64,000 nt of DNA from contig NC_043010.1 in the NCBI RefSeq assembly GCF_006345805.1, forward strand, positions 10,974,001 to 11,038,000. The letters run 5' to 3'. How positions within the stretch are numbered: position 1 is the first letter of the stretch; the number at the start of each line of letters is the position of its first letter. The notes under the pieces are model-generated. The model was not told where the DNA came from. It did no database searches and saw only the letters and a program-made list of their open reading frames with translations. A program made the position numbers and the translations under genes. Source of the stretch: Octopus sinensis. Taxonomy: Eukaryota. Of the stretch, positions 37,142 through 48,889 are shown piece after piece.

Positions 37142-37185
37142 TTTTTTTGATAAGGTTCATTTCAGGAACTGAAACATGTTATAAT
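37142..37185 (+). ncRNA. Hammerhead-like motif with U3-A8 core, partly decayed
   Basis: TTGATAA-GGTTC-atttcag-GAACT-GAAA-CATG-TT; homologous to 46321-46367. Confidence 0.5.
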
Positions 37186-37329
37186 GTATATATAAAAATT
37201 AAAAATTGTATAATACAGCAGCATTTTCGAACTTCATTCTTTACAAATATATATATATATATATATATATACATACATACATACATACATACTTATATAT
37301 ATATATATATATACATACATAAAATATAT

Positions 37330-37389
<60 letters not shown>

Positions 37390-37474
37390 ATATATTTTCA
37401 TCATCATCATCATTTAGCGTCCGTTTTCCATGCTAGCATATATATATATATATATATATACATACATACATACA

Positions 37475-37510
<36 letters not shown>

Positions 37511-37695
37511 TGTATATATATATATATATGTATGTATATATATATATATATATACATACACACACACGCACACACGAGGGGAAGAGAAAAATCATCCACA
37601 CTTTCACCATAACATATTTTTATTTTTATTATTGGGCACACTGCCTTCTGTGCATGCTAGCTAATAGTTGGTACTATTATGGCCACGTGATTTAG

Positions 37696-37943
37696 GTTTA
37701 AGCACGATCACATCATTTTTCTTTCTGGCTTTAAAGTGTAATAATGGCTGCTCCACTGCCCCTGTGTTGTGCACTGTCCCCACATCGTGCCAAAAGCCTC
37801 TGTTGAATTCCAGCACCTGATGCACCCTCCAACCAGCGAAATCAGACCATTACTCTTTGTTCATCTTTGGTGCACGTTGCTAGTGGAGCAGCCATGCTTA
37901 CACTGTAAAGCCAGAACGAAAAATGGCATGATCAGGCTCAAAC
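37696..37943. mobile_element. MITE/foldback with 62-bp imperfect inverted arms
   Basis: 37696-37757 matches the reverse complement of 37882-37943 at about 80-85%. Confidence 0.75.
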
Positions 37944-38084
37944 TTTGATCACATGAAAACAATAGTACCAACTATAAGCATGCATGTACAGAAAGCAGTG
38001 TGACAATAATTAAGATATGTTATGGACAATAAAGATATGTTAAGGACAAAAGATATGTTATGGCTAATTTTTGACTTCCCTTTG

Positions 38085-38132
<48 letters not shown>

Positions 38133-38134
38133 AC

Positions 38135-38257
38135 AATTTCAAGTGGACGATTGGGATCATGTGGATGAGAAAGGCGCGATCCAGAGAGGAGTGGACAGCA
38201 TGCTGTGACCAGCGGTGTCAAATGGATGCCTGACGGACTGGTCGGTCAAAGTGAAGT
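38135..38257 (+). mobile_element. RTE LINE extreme 3' fragment
   Basis: GACGATTGGGATCATGTGGATG...CTGGTCGGTCAAAGTGA, as at 9592-9698. Confidence 0.88.
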
Positions 38258-38261
38258 GATA

Positions 38262-38671
38262 TACTCTTTTACTCTTTTACTTGTTTCAGTCATTTGACTG
38301 TGGCCATGCTGGAGCACCGCCTTTAGTCAAGCAAATTGACCCCGGGACTTATTCTTTGTAAGCCCAGTACTTATTCTATCGGTTTCTTTTGCCGAACTGC
38401 TAAGTGACAGGGACGTAAACACACCAGCATCGGTTTTCAAGCAATGCTAGGGGGACAAACACAGATACACAACATATGCACACACATACATATATATATA
38501 CATATATATGACAGGCTTCTTTCAGTTTCAGTCTATCAAATCCACTCACAAGGCATTGGTCGGCCCGCGGCTATAGCAGAAGACACTTGCCCAAGATGCC
38601 ACACAGTGGGACTGAACCCAGAACTATGTGGTTGGTTAGCAAGCTACTTACCACACACCCACTACTGCGCC
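38262..38671 (-). mobile_element. SINE family A, full length
   Basis: Reverse complement of head, core and tail. Confidence 0.92.
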
Positions 38672-39914
38672 TATATATATCTATATATATATATATATAT
38701 ATATATACATGCCTTTACAAGCAGTCCAGTCCAGTTATGCCACTGCCTTTGACCCTCTGGCTGGTTGCTAGGCACATGACTGAGTCAGCCTCTGCCCATT
38801 AAAGTACCAGTCAAGTACAAAGGTCATTATGAGTCAAGCAATTATTTCCTCAAGGTAAGAAAAGATTTTACAATCAGTTTCCGATATTCTTATTACATAC
38901 TACTTCATTAATCCGTTGTCCATTTACCCCTAATTTTTAAAATCTTCATTTGAAATGTCTCCACTTCTCCACTTTTCCATGGAGATGATTGTATATACTT
39001 TCATGTGATGCCCGTAAAGTTCTAATGGACGCCTTGAACCGTTCAAGCTCCAGAGGCATTAATGCAATCCAATTGAAAGAAAGGCTTTCTAATCAATGAA
39101 CTACAGTGATTATTTGCACTGGGAGAGTAGAGGCAAGTCCCTTAACCAAGGATGCAATACTTACTGTAAATATACTAAATATTATTTATTTGTGGTTGAA
39201 ATAAAAGCTAAAACACCAGACTGGAATATGTGAATAGCATTATTAAAGGATTAAGCGATAAACCTATTGAGTAATCTTTGGTAAATTTCAGGTTTGTGTA
39301 AATATTATTCCAATATTTTGATAAAATACTTTGACTTCTTTTCGGCAGTAGAATTTTCAATTACATTTAAAATCATTTTAATACACAATGCACAAATGGA
39401 ATTATTTATATTCAACAGCAAGCAATTTTCTAAAAGACATTCAGAAATATATTTGTAATTGCTTCATATTCTAAATATTCCTAAGTCCTTTGCTATATTA
39501 CAAGGACCAGCTTAGTTTATCAACACACAAAGGGAATGGATTCAGAAGAATATTAACTAGTAAATTGATGAATTTATGTCGATCCCCGGAGTATTATGGG
39601 TGTGAGCTAAGTGAAATGAAAGAAGCTTCACTTAGGAATCTAAACCATAACATTGTGTCAGCTCCCTGAGGACCCATCACTTCTTTTTCAGACACCATCA
39701 TCATTGTATATACATTTTCTTCTATACTAGCATGGAGGAGAGTTCTACTCCTTCACAGTTTTCTTTCCATTTGTCATAGTCACTTGTTGTCAACTTTGCA
39801 AAGTTCAAAATCATAGGATCAGCTTTCACCCCATCTTGTTTAGGTTCCTTCCATTTGAATTATTTGACCCTTTTTACCCACCTGTCATCAAGTACATTGG
39901 TCTCACATTTTGGC

Positions 39915-40505
39915 ACAAAGCCACTGATTCTGAAGGAGAAGTAAGTTAATTACATCAACCCCAGTGATCAGCTGGTACTTAGTTTATTGACCCTAAAAAG
40001 GATGAAAGGCAAATAAACCCCAACAGAATTTGAACACAGAACAGAAGACAGATGAAATGTCACTAAACATTTTGTCCGGCATGCCAACAATTCTTATTTC
40101 TTTACTGCCCACAAGGGGCTATACACAGAGGGGACAAACAAGGTCAGACAAACAGATGAAGTTGATTATATCGACCCCAGTGCATAACTGGTACGTTTTT
40201 AATCGACCCCAAAAGGATGAAAGGCAAAGTCGACCTTGGCGGAATTTGAACTCAGAACATAACAGCAGATGAAATACCTATGTCTTTACTACCCACAAGG
40301 GGCTAAACATAGAGTGGAAAACAAGGACAGACAAACGGATGAAGTTGATTATATCGACCCCAGTGCATAACTGGTACTTATTTAATCGAACCCAAAAGGA
40401 TGAAAGGCAAAGTCGACCATGGCGGAATTTGAACTCAGAACATAAAGACAAACAAAATACCGCTAAGCATTTTGCCGGGCGTGCTAACGTTTCTGCCAGC
40501 TTGCT
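39915..40505 (-). mobile_element. SINE family B dimer plus a B-variant
   Basis: Two tandem bodies 40092-40505 and a variant at 39915-40085. Confidence 0.85.
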
Positions 40506-40509
40506 GCCT

Positions 40510-40790
40510 TATTGTTGGCATGCCAACAATTCCACCACTTCTCTGCCTTTGTCAACCCTCATATTAATTCTATATCTGTACCAGTACCATCTTCTTTCCT
40601 TACACTACAAATAGATCTCTAATACCTATTTTCTTTGTTTATGTCTACATGTGCATGCTTCCATCATTCATATATGCTGACATTATACATGCAGCAGAGC
40701 AGGCTCAATTCATTTCTCCCTACTCTTCACATATCTTCTCATGCTTTCAGTGACCTTGTCTTCCTACCATGGCCATCTCTCACACATACC
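40510..40790 (-). mobile_element. Old RTE-type LINE fragment
   Basis: Minus-strand translation EDM*RVGRNELSLLCCMYNVS..KIGIR resembles the RTE post-RT region. Confidence 0.45.
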
Positions 40791-40923
40791 ATACAATCTA
40801 CCCTTTAATCATTAATTCAAACTGAACTGGCACCATAACTGAAATAGAAAAATATTTTTGCCTTGAGAATTGTCAACATTATCAGTTGGAACAAGTTCTT
40901 TTCATTTACATTACTTATTCCTT

Positions 40924-41269
40924 AGGAGGTGCAATGGCCCAGTGGTTAGGGCAGCGGACTCGCGGTCGTAGGATCGCGGTTTTGATTCCCAGACCGAGCG
41001 TTGTGAGTGTTTATTGAGCGAAAACACCTAAAGCTCCACTCTTTCACCACAACTTTCTCTCACTCTTACTTCCTGTTTCTGTTGTACCTGTATTTCAAAG
41101 GGCTGGCCTTGTCACTCTCTGTGTCACGCTGAATATCCCCGAGAACTACGTTAAGGGTACACGTGTTTGTGAAGTGTTCAGCCACTTACACGTTAATTTC
41201 ACGAGCAGGCTGTTCCGTTGATCGGATCAACCGGAACCCTCATCGTCGTAACCGACGGAGTGCTTCCAC
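40924..41269 (+). mobile_element. SINE family C (tail type 1) with internal deletion
   Basis: Homologous to 12172-12560; TSD ACTTATTCCTT at 40913-40923 and 41270-41280. Confidence 0.92.
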
Positions 41270-42027
41270 ACTTATTCCTTTGTCAAGGAATGGATGTATT
41301 AACCCCCAATTTTCTGACATCATATTTATTCCTAAATTCTTCATATGTAAGTCGACAGCTGTTCAAAATTACAGTTGATTTTTTTTCTTTTAAATAGACA
41401 TGTTTTCTTCAAATATACTTTTCACAAAGACACAGATCATTTTTATTTTATTCTATTTTATTCTATTTTATTCTATAGCTGTGTATTGTTGCATGCAAGA
41501 AATCATTCCTCCTCCCACCAAATACTCCTGACATCTTTTACTTGATAACCAGAAGTTTATGAAGCAGAAACTATATGCTAACATGCTGAAATTCATTGGT
41601 AACAACAACTTTATTCTGTAAGCTTTGAAGACAAAAAAATAATCTCTATAATTTTAAAAGTCAATTCTGGCTCTAACAAAACTCATGTTGAGAAGGAATT
41701 TTTATGTAAGTAAAAAAATAAGAAAATAGAAGTTTATTTTATGAGTAAAACATTTTATGAAAATGATAGGAGCTTTTGAGAAGAAAGGAAGCTCAAGAAA
41801 GCTGGATTTGTGACTTGGGATTGGAACCTGCTCGTAGCTTTATGACTTGTATTGCAAATAGTCTTTCTTGTGGATCCAGTAACTGCTTCACTGAATTTAT
41901 AACAGGTTGGGTGATAGGGGGAGTGTTTTGTGTAACTTTAGTAACAAAAATATCACAAAGTATCTTTTGTTTGATAATAGTTCTTTATAAGCAATTTTTC
42001 TTGCCAGTGTATATATCTTTTGTTGAT

Positions 42028-42063
<36 letters not shown>

Positions 42064-42427
42064 CACACACACACACGTACACACACGCACACACACACAC
42101 ACGTACACACAAACACATTACAAAGTGTAGCACTTCTCAGCACTAGCTGAGTAATGTTGAACACAGAAACTGATGTAATCTTAATTGTAGCAGACAAGGG
42201 AAGTCTTCTGATCAGAAAACATCATAAACATATGAAACAGAATAAACAAACTTGGAAAAGATGTATAAGAAACGATTTGTCACAACAAGAAGGTACATCT
42301 TGGGGCATGACAGAGCTAGGGCTTACCTATACTTGAACTTAAGCTAGTATTTTGTAAAAGTAACAGGAAAGAGATATTTAGGCAAATGGATAATGGATAC
42401 TTGAGTGGATGTGATATGAGAACATCA

Positions 42428-42657
42428 AGGTGGTGAGCTGGCAGAATCGTTAGCATGCCAGGCGAAATGCTTAACCGTATTGTGTCTGCCACTACGTTGT
42501 GAGTTCAAATTCCACCGAGGTCGACTTTGCCCTTCATCCTTCCGGGGATCGATTAAGTAAGTACCAGTTACACACTGGGGTAGATATTATCAACTTAATC
42601 CATTTGTCTGTCCTTGTTTGTCCTCTCTGTGTTTAGCCCCTTGTGGGTAGTAACAGA
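42428..42657 (+). mobile_element. SINE family B
   Basis: Head, core and CCCCTTGTGGGTAG tail. Confidence 0.88.
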
Positions 42658-42924
42658 AATTGGTATGAGATAAATCCAGCTTTGAGGAACAGAAGCTATC
42701 AGAGGTGCAGGAATAGTTGCGTGGTTCAGAAGTTTGCTTTGTAACTATGCAATTTCAGGTTCAGTCCCACTCTGAAGCACTGGTGCAAGTGGTGCCTATC
42801 TACTATAGTCCCAACCAGACAAATACTTTATAAGTCAATTTGGCAGGTGAAAACTGTGTTGAAATCTATTGCATGTGCATGTGTGTGTGTACATGTGTGC
42901 ATGTGTATATTAATACATGCACAC

Positions 42925-42959
<35 letters not shown>

Positions 42960-43619
42960 AATAGATGTGTGTACTTTTCCCTTCTTAACAATTAACAGGG
43001 AAAAGTATATAGTTCTTTTATACCTCTCTTTCTATAGGCTACTTTTGACGTTATATCCTATAACATTTTTGAAATAATTTTAAATGTGAAACAATCTTAA
43101 AAGTGACTGACCAACAAAAAAAACAACCAAGATTCAACCAAATCAAAAAATAAACACAAATACTAAGCGAACAAAGATGAACCATCTCACTTCCATTGCA
43201 TGTGCACACGCACACACACACACACATACACACACAAACATGCACACACACGCACACACACACACACACACACATTCACGTACCCCACCTTTTACATACA
43301 CACCCATATATTCACACAGAGTTGAAATGCTGTTTGATTTATTTTTTCAGCGTACAATTTTCATCCTCCCACTACCAAGTATGACATCACCCCTTCCTTC
43401 CTTATTCATCTATCACCCCTTCCTTTCTCATTCATAAACACAAGAGTATTATTATAGTAGATTATCTCGGTGACAATGGGAGGCTATGAAAAAATACAAA
43501 GACCAGTATCGCCACCGGATCATTCTACACATCTATGTAATTTTTTTGCACAATTCCACCCATTTGTTTGACTGTGAATCCCAAGACAAGAAAGAATCGC
43601 CCTTGTCAAATTTATATGT

Positions 43620-43881
43620 ATAGATTCATAGACTGGCCCAACTGGCCTCCATGCCGGTGGCACGTAAAAAGCACCATCCGATCGTGGCCATTGCCAGCCT
43701 CACCTGGCACGTAAAAAGCACCCACTACACTCATGGAGTGGTTGGCGTTAGGAAGGGCATCCAGCCGTAGAAACACTGCCAGATCAGACTGGGCCTGGTG
43801 CAGCCTTCTGGCTTCCCAGACCCCAGTTGAACTGTCCAACCCATGCTAGCATGGAAAGTGGACGCTAAATGATGATGATGA
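43620..43881 (+). mobile_element. SINE-like family D
   Basis: Homologous to 20627-20958. Confidence 0.85.
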
Positions 43882-43909
43882 TTCATAGATATATATTTAT
43901 ATACTTATA

Positions 43910-43943
<34 letters not shown>

Positions 43944-44654
43944 CTGGTGCTGCCTAAATGCACCCATACTTGTGGCATAAAGAAAAGGTAACCAGTTTAC
44001 TCTGTAAAGGGATTAGTCTTAGGAAGGGCATCCAGCCATAGAAGTCATGCCACAACAGACAACTGGGAGTCTGCTCAGCTCCAGGTGAAATCCTCAAACC
44101 CATGCTAGCGTGAAAAATGGATGTTAGACGATGATGATGACGATGACGATGACGTCAACAACAACGACGTTGATGATGATGATGATGATGTTGATGACGA
44201 TGATGATGATACTTTTTAAAAGCAACATATTTCTGCCAAAAAACTTTGTGTGTATATACAGCAATACCTAATGAATGAGAAATCAGTTAAATATAGTATA
44301 TGGTCTCTGTTTACTATTAACATTAATTGATGCAAATATTGAACTTTTCGTGGGAATGAAAAGCAATCAAATTCAGGTGATTTTTGTTTCCCCCCCCCCC
44401 TTTGATTGATTAAATATTGGTCTTTTAGTTTGGCAAAATGCCACAAAATTGAAAAAAAAAGTGAAGATTTGTGACGTTCATTCCACTTTCAAGGTCATAA
44501 GTAATTAGCTTGGAATAAAAATCCAGGTGAGGCATCAGATGATGATGATGGTGATGATGATGATGATGATGATGATGAGGAGGAGGAGGAGGAGGGTGAC
44601 GACGATGACAATGATGATGATGATAATGACGATGATGATGATGATACTGGTTTC

Positions 44655-44815
44655 AAATTTTGGTACAGGGTCAGTAATTTTACTGTAGTGGGTACATTGA
44701 TGACATTGACCCTAGTGCTCAACTGGTGGTTATTCTATCAACCATGAAGAGATGAAAAGCAAAGTCGACTTTGGTAGGATGTGAACTCAAAGAGAGATTT
44801 GCAAGAAATGTCCCT
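44655..44815 (-). mobile_element. SINE family B variant, decayed
   Basis: GATGAAAAGCAAAGTCGACTTTGG...GAACTC. Confidence 0.65.
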
Positions 44816-44843
44816 TATAGTAAGTTTATGGTATACATATATA

Positions 44844-45050
44844 CAGGGTGTGATGGGTAAATTGCTGCCATTTTATATTTTTAATTTCACGCATGTGCAT
44901 TGTTTATTTTTTATTTAGTTGACAACACAGTATAGTAGGGTCAGCTGGGCACTGTCTGTGAGAAAAACAGCACCATGGCGCAATTCATTCTGCTTGGAGT
45001 GTTTGGAGATCAATGTTATCAAGTGTACCGCCCTCTGCTATAAATAAGTG
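44844..45050 (+). mobile_element. Possible Tc1/mariner-type 5' end
   Basis: TA-CAGGGTGTGATGGG start; no matching right end seen. Confidence 0.35.
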
Positions 45051-45734
45051 GTCATGAATCAATGTTAGAAATCATTATTTTCATACTAATCTTAATTACG
45101 ACTTACCCTATATATGACTGATCATTGCTATGATTGTTCTTCATTACAATTAGCTTGCCATTTCTATAATAACTTGCTTTACCTCAATATCAATAAACTG
45201 CATTTTCATAAGACTGATCTTTGCAATGATCGGTCATCACTATGATTGACCTGAGTTTTCTATAAGTCGCTCTATATCAATATGGATTAATTGTATTTCT
45301 ATAAGGGCTGACCTTTACTATGGCTGACCATCACTATGTCCTCACTATGACTGGCTTGTCTTTTTCATAATTTGTTCCATATTAATATGAATTCTATCTG
45401 CCATAAGACAGCTCTTTGCTATGACTATTCTTCACAATTGAGCTTGTCTTTTCTATAATAATTCATTCTGTATTTATACAAATTACTAATATCTTTCATA
45501 AGACTGAGCTTTGTTATGATAGTTCTTCATTATGACAGTCTGGCTTCCTTGCTATATTTCTATAAAGTTTGCAAATCCTATTCAATTACAGTTTATGATA
45601 GTATGTACCAACAGAAAGACATTTTCAGTTGTCTTCTCTTAATACTTATAGTTTGGAAATTTGCTTGCTATTTCCCTCTTTTGCACATATATACATATAC
45701 ATACATATAGACATGCTTTATATGTATGTGTGTG

Positions 45735-45766
<32 letters not shown>

Positions 45767-45771
<5 letters not shown>

Positions 45772-46105
45772 AATTAGAGACAAAACCACTATTATGCAAA
45801 TCAAACAAAGAAAGACTTAATCCAATACATAAACTCACCAAGAATATTTGAAACCACCTGAAGAATGTCTACTACTCAAAGATGTGATGAAAAGAAGACA
45901 TGAAACGATCGTAGTGGATATTAATAATTGTTAAATTTCTAAATATAAATTAATTTATGTATTGGATTAAGTCTTTCTTTGTTTGATTTGCATAATAGTG
46001 GTTTTGTCTCTAATTTATTATAATATAATATTTTACTATAAAATTGGATTCAATCCTAAATCTGATTTTTCCCTGTAAGTTTGGATTTATTCCCTAATAT
46101 TTATT
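45767..46105. mobile_element. Inverted-arm element enclosing a hammerhead
   Basis: 67-bp perfect inverted repeat 45767-45833 / 45954-46020; the right arm extends to 46105. Confidence 0.85.
45843..45922 (+). ncRNA. Type I hammerhead ribozyme, canonical core
   Basis: Stem I CCAC/GTGG plus AATAT/ATATT; CTGAAGA 45858-45864; stem II ATGTCT/AGACAT; GAAA 45902-45905; C-GATC-GTA with cleavage after 45913. Confidence 0.8.
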
Positions 46106-46169
46106 ATATATATATATTTATATATATATATATGCTGCCACCATTCCATTGGAACATAAGGACGGTTCC

Positions 46170-46472
46170 TTTTGATACCAGCAAGAAACAATAATGAACT
46201 TCTTTACTACACACAACTATAATATAGCGATTATACCAACTACCGACAAAACACCACCACATGGATTCTATTGAGACCAGTAAGAAACAACTATAAACTT
46301 TTCTATTGCACTTTTTATAATATTTTTGATAAGGTTCGATTTTTCAAGAACCGAAACATGTAAAATTCATAAGAAAATTAAAATTTATCTAATATAGTAG
46401 CGTTTTCAAACTTCTTTTTTGATACCAGCAAGAAACAATAATGAACTTCTTTACTACACGCAACTATAATAT
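46170..46472 (+). mobile_element. 247-bp monomer with 56-bp terminal direct repeat (pseudo-LTR or retrozyme-like)
   Basis: 46170-46225 equals 46417-46472 with one mismatch; a hammerhead-like motif lies inside. Confidence 0.7.
46321..46367 (+). ncRNA. Hammerhead-like motif with U3-A8 covariant core
   Basis: ATTT-TTGATAA-GGTTC-n10-GAACC-GAAA-C-AT-GTA-AAAT; palindromic ACATGT stem III; weak all-AU stem I. Confidence 0.6.
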
Positions 46473-46504
46473 TTGATATATATTTAAAATAATATAAATT
46501 AAAT

Positions 46505-46665
46505 TAATTTTATGTATTGGCTTATGTCTTTCATTGTTTGATTTGCCTAATAATGGTTTTATCTCTAATATAATATAATATATATATAATATATTTATAC
46601 TATAAAATTGGATTTAATCCTAAATCTGATTTTTCCCTGTAAGTTTGGATTTATTCCCTAATATT
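46505..46665. mobile_element. Second copy of the right inverted-repeat arm
   Basis: Homologous to 45950-46105. Confidence 0.8.
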
Positions 46666-47409
46666 TTATTATATATATATATATGTATGTATCACTCTGC
46701 ATGTGTGTTTATATAACATCAGTAATAACAACAACAGCAATAATAATAATGCTGATAATGTTGATGGTGACAATGCTGCTACTGCTGCTGCTGCTGCTGC
46801 TGATGATGATGATGATGATAATCGCTCACAGTATGTTTGTCCTATGTTATTCATTGTCGTCAATTTTCCAAAATTTGTTTCTATAGTAACTTCCATATAT
46901 AGTTGTGGTCTGTTTAAAAGCACATGTTTCTTTATTAACTCATAATATACTGGCCTATCTTCTGCTTTTGTGTCATTGCAACAACTGATATTATATCTTG
47001 CTGCTTCCCGGGCAGGATATGGCCTTTGACCTTCCATTGATTATTAGCGCTTGCTTCGGATGCGTTCCATTATGTAGAACAGATTGACAGCTGCTTCTGT
47101 CAATAGTGACAGTGAAGTAATCCTCACAAGACTCTCTGATAACTACATTTTCAATAATGAAAGAAGACCCTTGACTTTGCTTCTAACCATCAGATTTGGC
47201 ACAACAATATCCCTATTTGTTCTGTACTCCAACTTCCATTATTTCTTCATCTAAACAGTCAATGTCACTATCTGAAGCAACCTCTCTTGGCAGTTCTACA
47301 TTCTCACTACAGTAAATCTGCCTACAGGAAAATTGGTTTCCATTCCAAAATTTCTACATCCTCACTACTCACTCACTTTTCTGTTTGCATCTCAGCTTTT
47401 CATGTCTTT

Positions 47410-47416
47410 TTTCTTT

Positions 47417-47489
<73 letters not shown>

Positions 47490-47610
47490 TTTTCTCTCTC
47501 TCTCTCTTTTTCTCTCTCTTTCTCTCTCTTTAACTCTCATTACATAATGCTTTCTTTCTCCTTTCCCTCCGCTTCCTCTCTCTCCTCTTCTCTCTATCTC
47601 TCTCTCTCTT
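47410..47610. repeat. (CTTT)n/(CT)n pyrimidine tract
   Basis: Direct reading. Confidence 0.95.
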
Positions 47611-48129
47611 TCTCTCCTCCCTTCTTGTTCTGTTACATTCAAAATTCATTTTCACTTCTACCTGTCATAATCTATGAAAAGTCTTTATCAGCCTACAAAA
47701 CCTCAATACTCAAAAGCTATGAGTACATTTGCGTTCATTTCACAAATGTTTACCAGACAAAAAAAAAAAAAGAAAAAGGAAAAAAAGAAAGAAAAATGAT
47801 AGTCTACAAATTCAAAAACTATATTCTCTTATTGATACAAGATGACTAAAAGCAACCTTGTTTATTGGTATAGGCTTATTGTGGTCACCATCTGATGTTA
47901 TTTACATTGAATATTATTTGCAATAATTTTTCATGAGGAAAAACTATTAAACAGATGGAAATTTCTAATACAAAAACCAACAAAAGAATTATCAATTTTC
48001 CTTTTTATCTATGACAGATAAATTTGATATTTCAGTTTTGTATTTTTTTTTTTTGTTGTTGTTGATAGCATACACTAAATACAAAATTTTAAAGTTTAAA
48101 AAAACTCCCAGATTTTTGGTGAAGAACTG

Positions 48130-48197
<68 letters not shown>

Positions 48198-48261
48198 CCT
48201 GTCTGCCTGTCTGTCTATGTATCTATTGATCTATTTGTCTGTCTATCTATCTATCTGTCTC

Positions 48262-48301
<40 letters not shown>

Positions 48302-48377
48302 CCTGTCTGTCTGTCTGTCTGTCTATGTATCTATTGATCTATTTGTCTGTCTATCTATCCATTGATCTATTTGTCTG

Positions 48378-48428
<51 letters not shown>

Positions 48429-48570
48429 GTCTATCTATCTATCTGTCTACGCATCTATCTATTTATCTATGTACCAATCTATCTGTCTGTCTGTCTATCT
48501 ATCTATCTATTGATCAATCTATCTATCTGTCTGTCTATTTATCTATTTATCTGTCTATCTATCTATCTGC
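48130..48570. repeat. (CTAT/CTGT)n microsatellite
   Basis: Direct reading. Confidence 0.95.
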
Positions 48571-48889
48571 CTATCATTCAAGTTTGCATAACTTATGTGT
48601 TCAATTGTAGAAAGAAACAATAATTAGAAAGAAATATAAAGTAGAAAGAAACATAATTAGTGAAACCATTTTTTGGCATAAGATGTCAGCTTTTAAAAAG
48701 AACTGTGTGATCACTATGATCAAGTCTCGTCTTATTAGATAACATTTGTTTTAGTAGCTATTTGCACAATCAAAATTTTAAATTTGGTATTTTACAAACT
48801 AGAGATAGTCCATCCAGGGTTTCTTTCTCAATTTCTAATATACACTACTAATGATGACATTAGTTATACAGAGGTTTCCTGACCTCAAT

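Larger units (their letters stand above)
36172..37235 (+). mobile_element. Penelope-like retroelement 3' fragment (GIY-YIG C-terminus plus pseudo-LTR)
   Basis: 36172-36264 reads [30 protein letters not shown], fitting the R..KE..I....P.LN end of GIY-YIG endonucleases; followed by a promoter-like region and a hammerhead-like motif. Confidence 0.65.
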
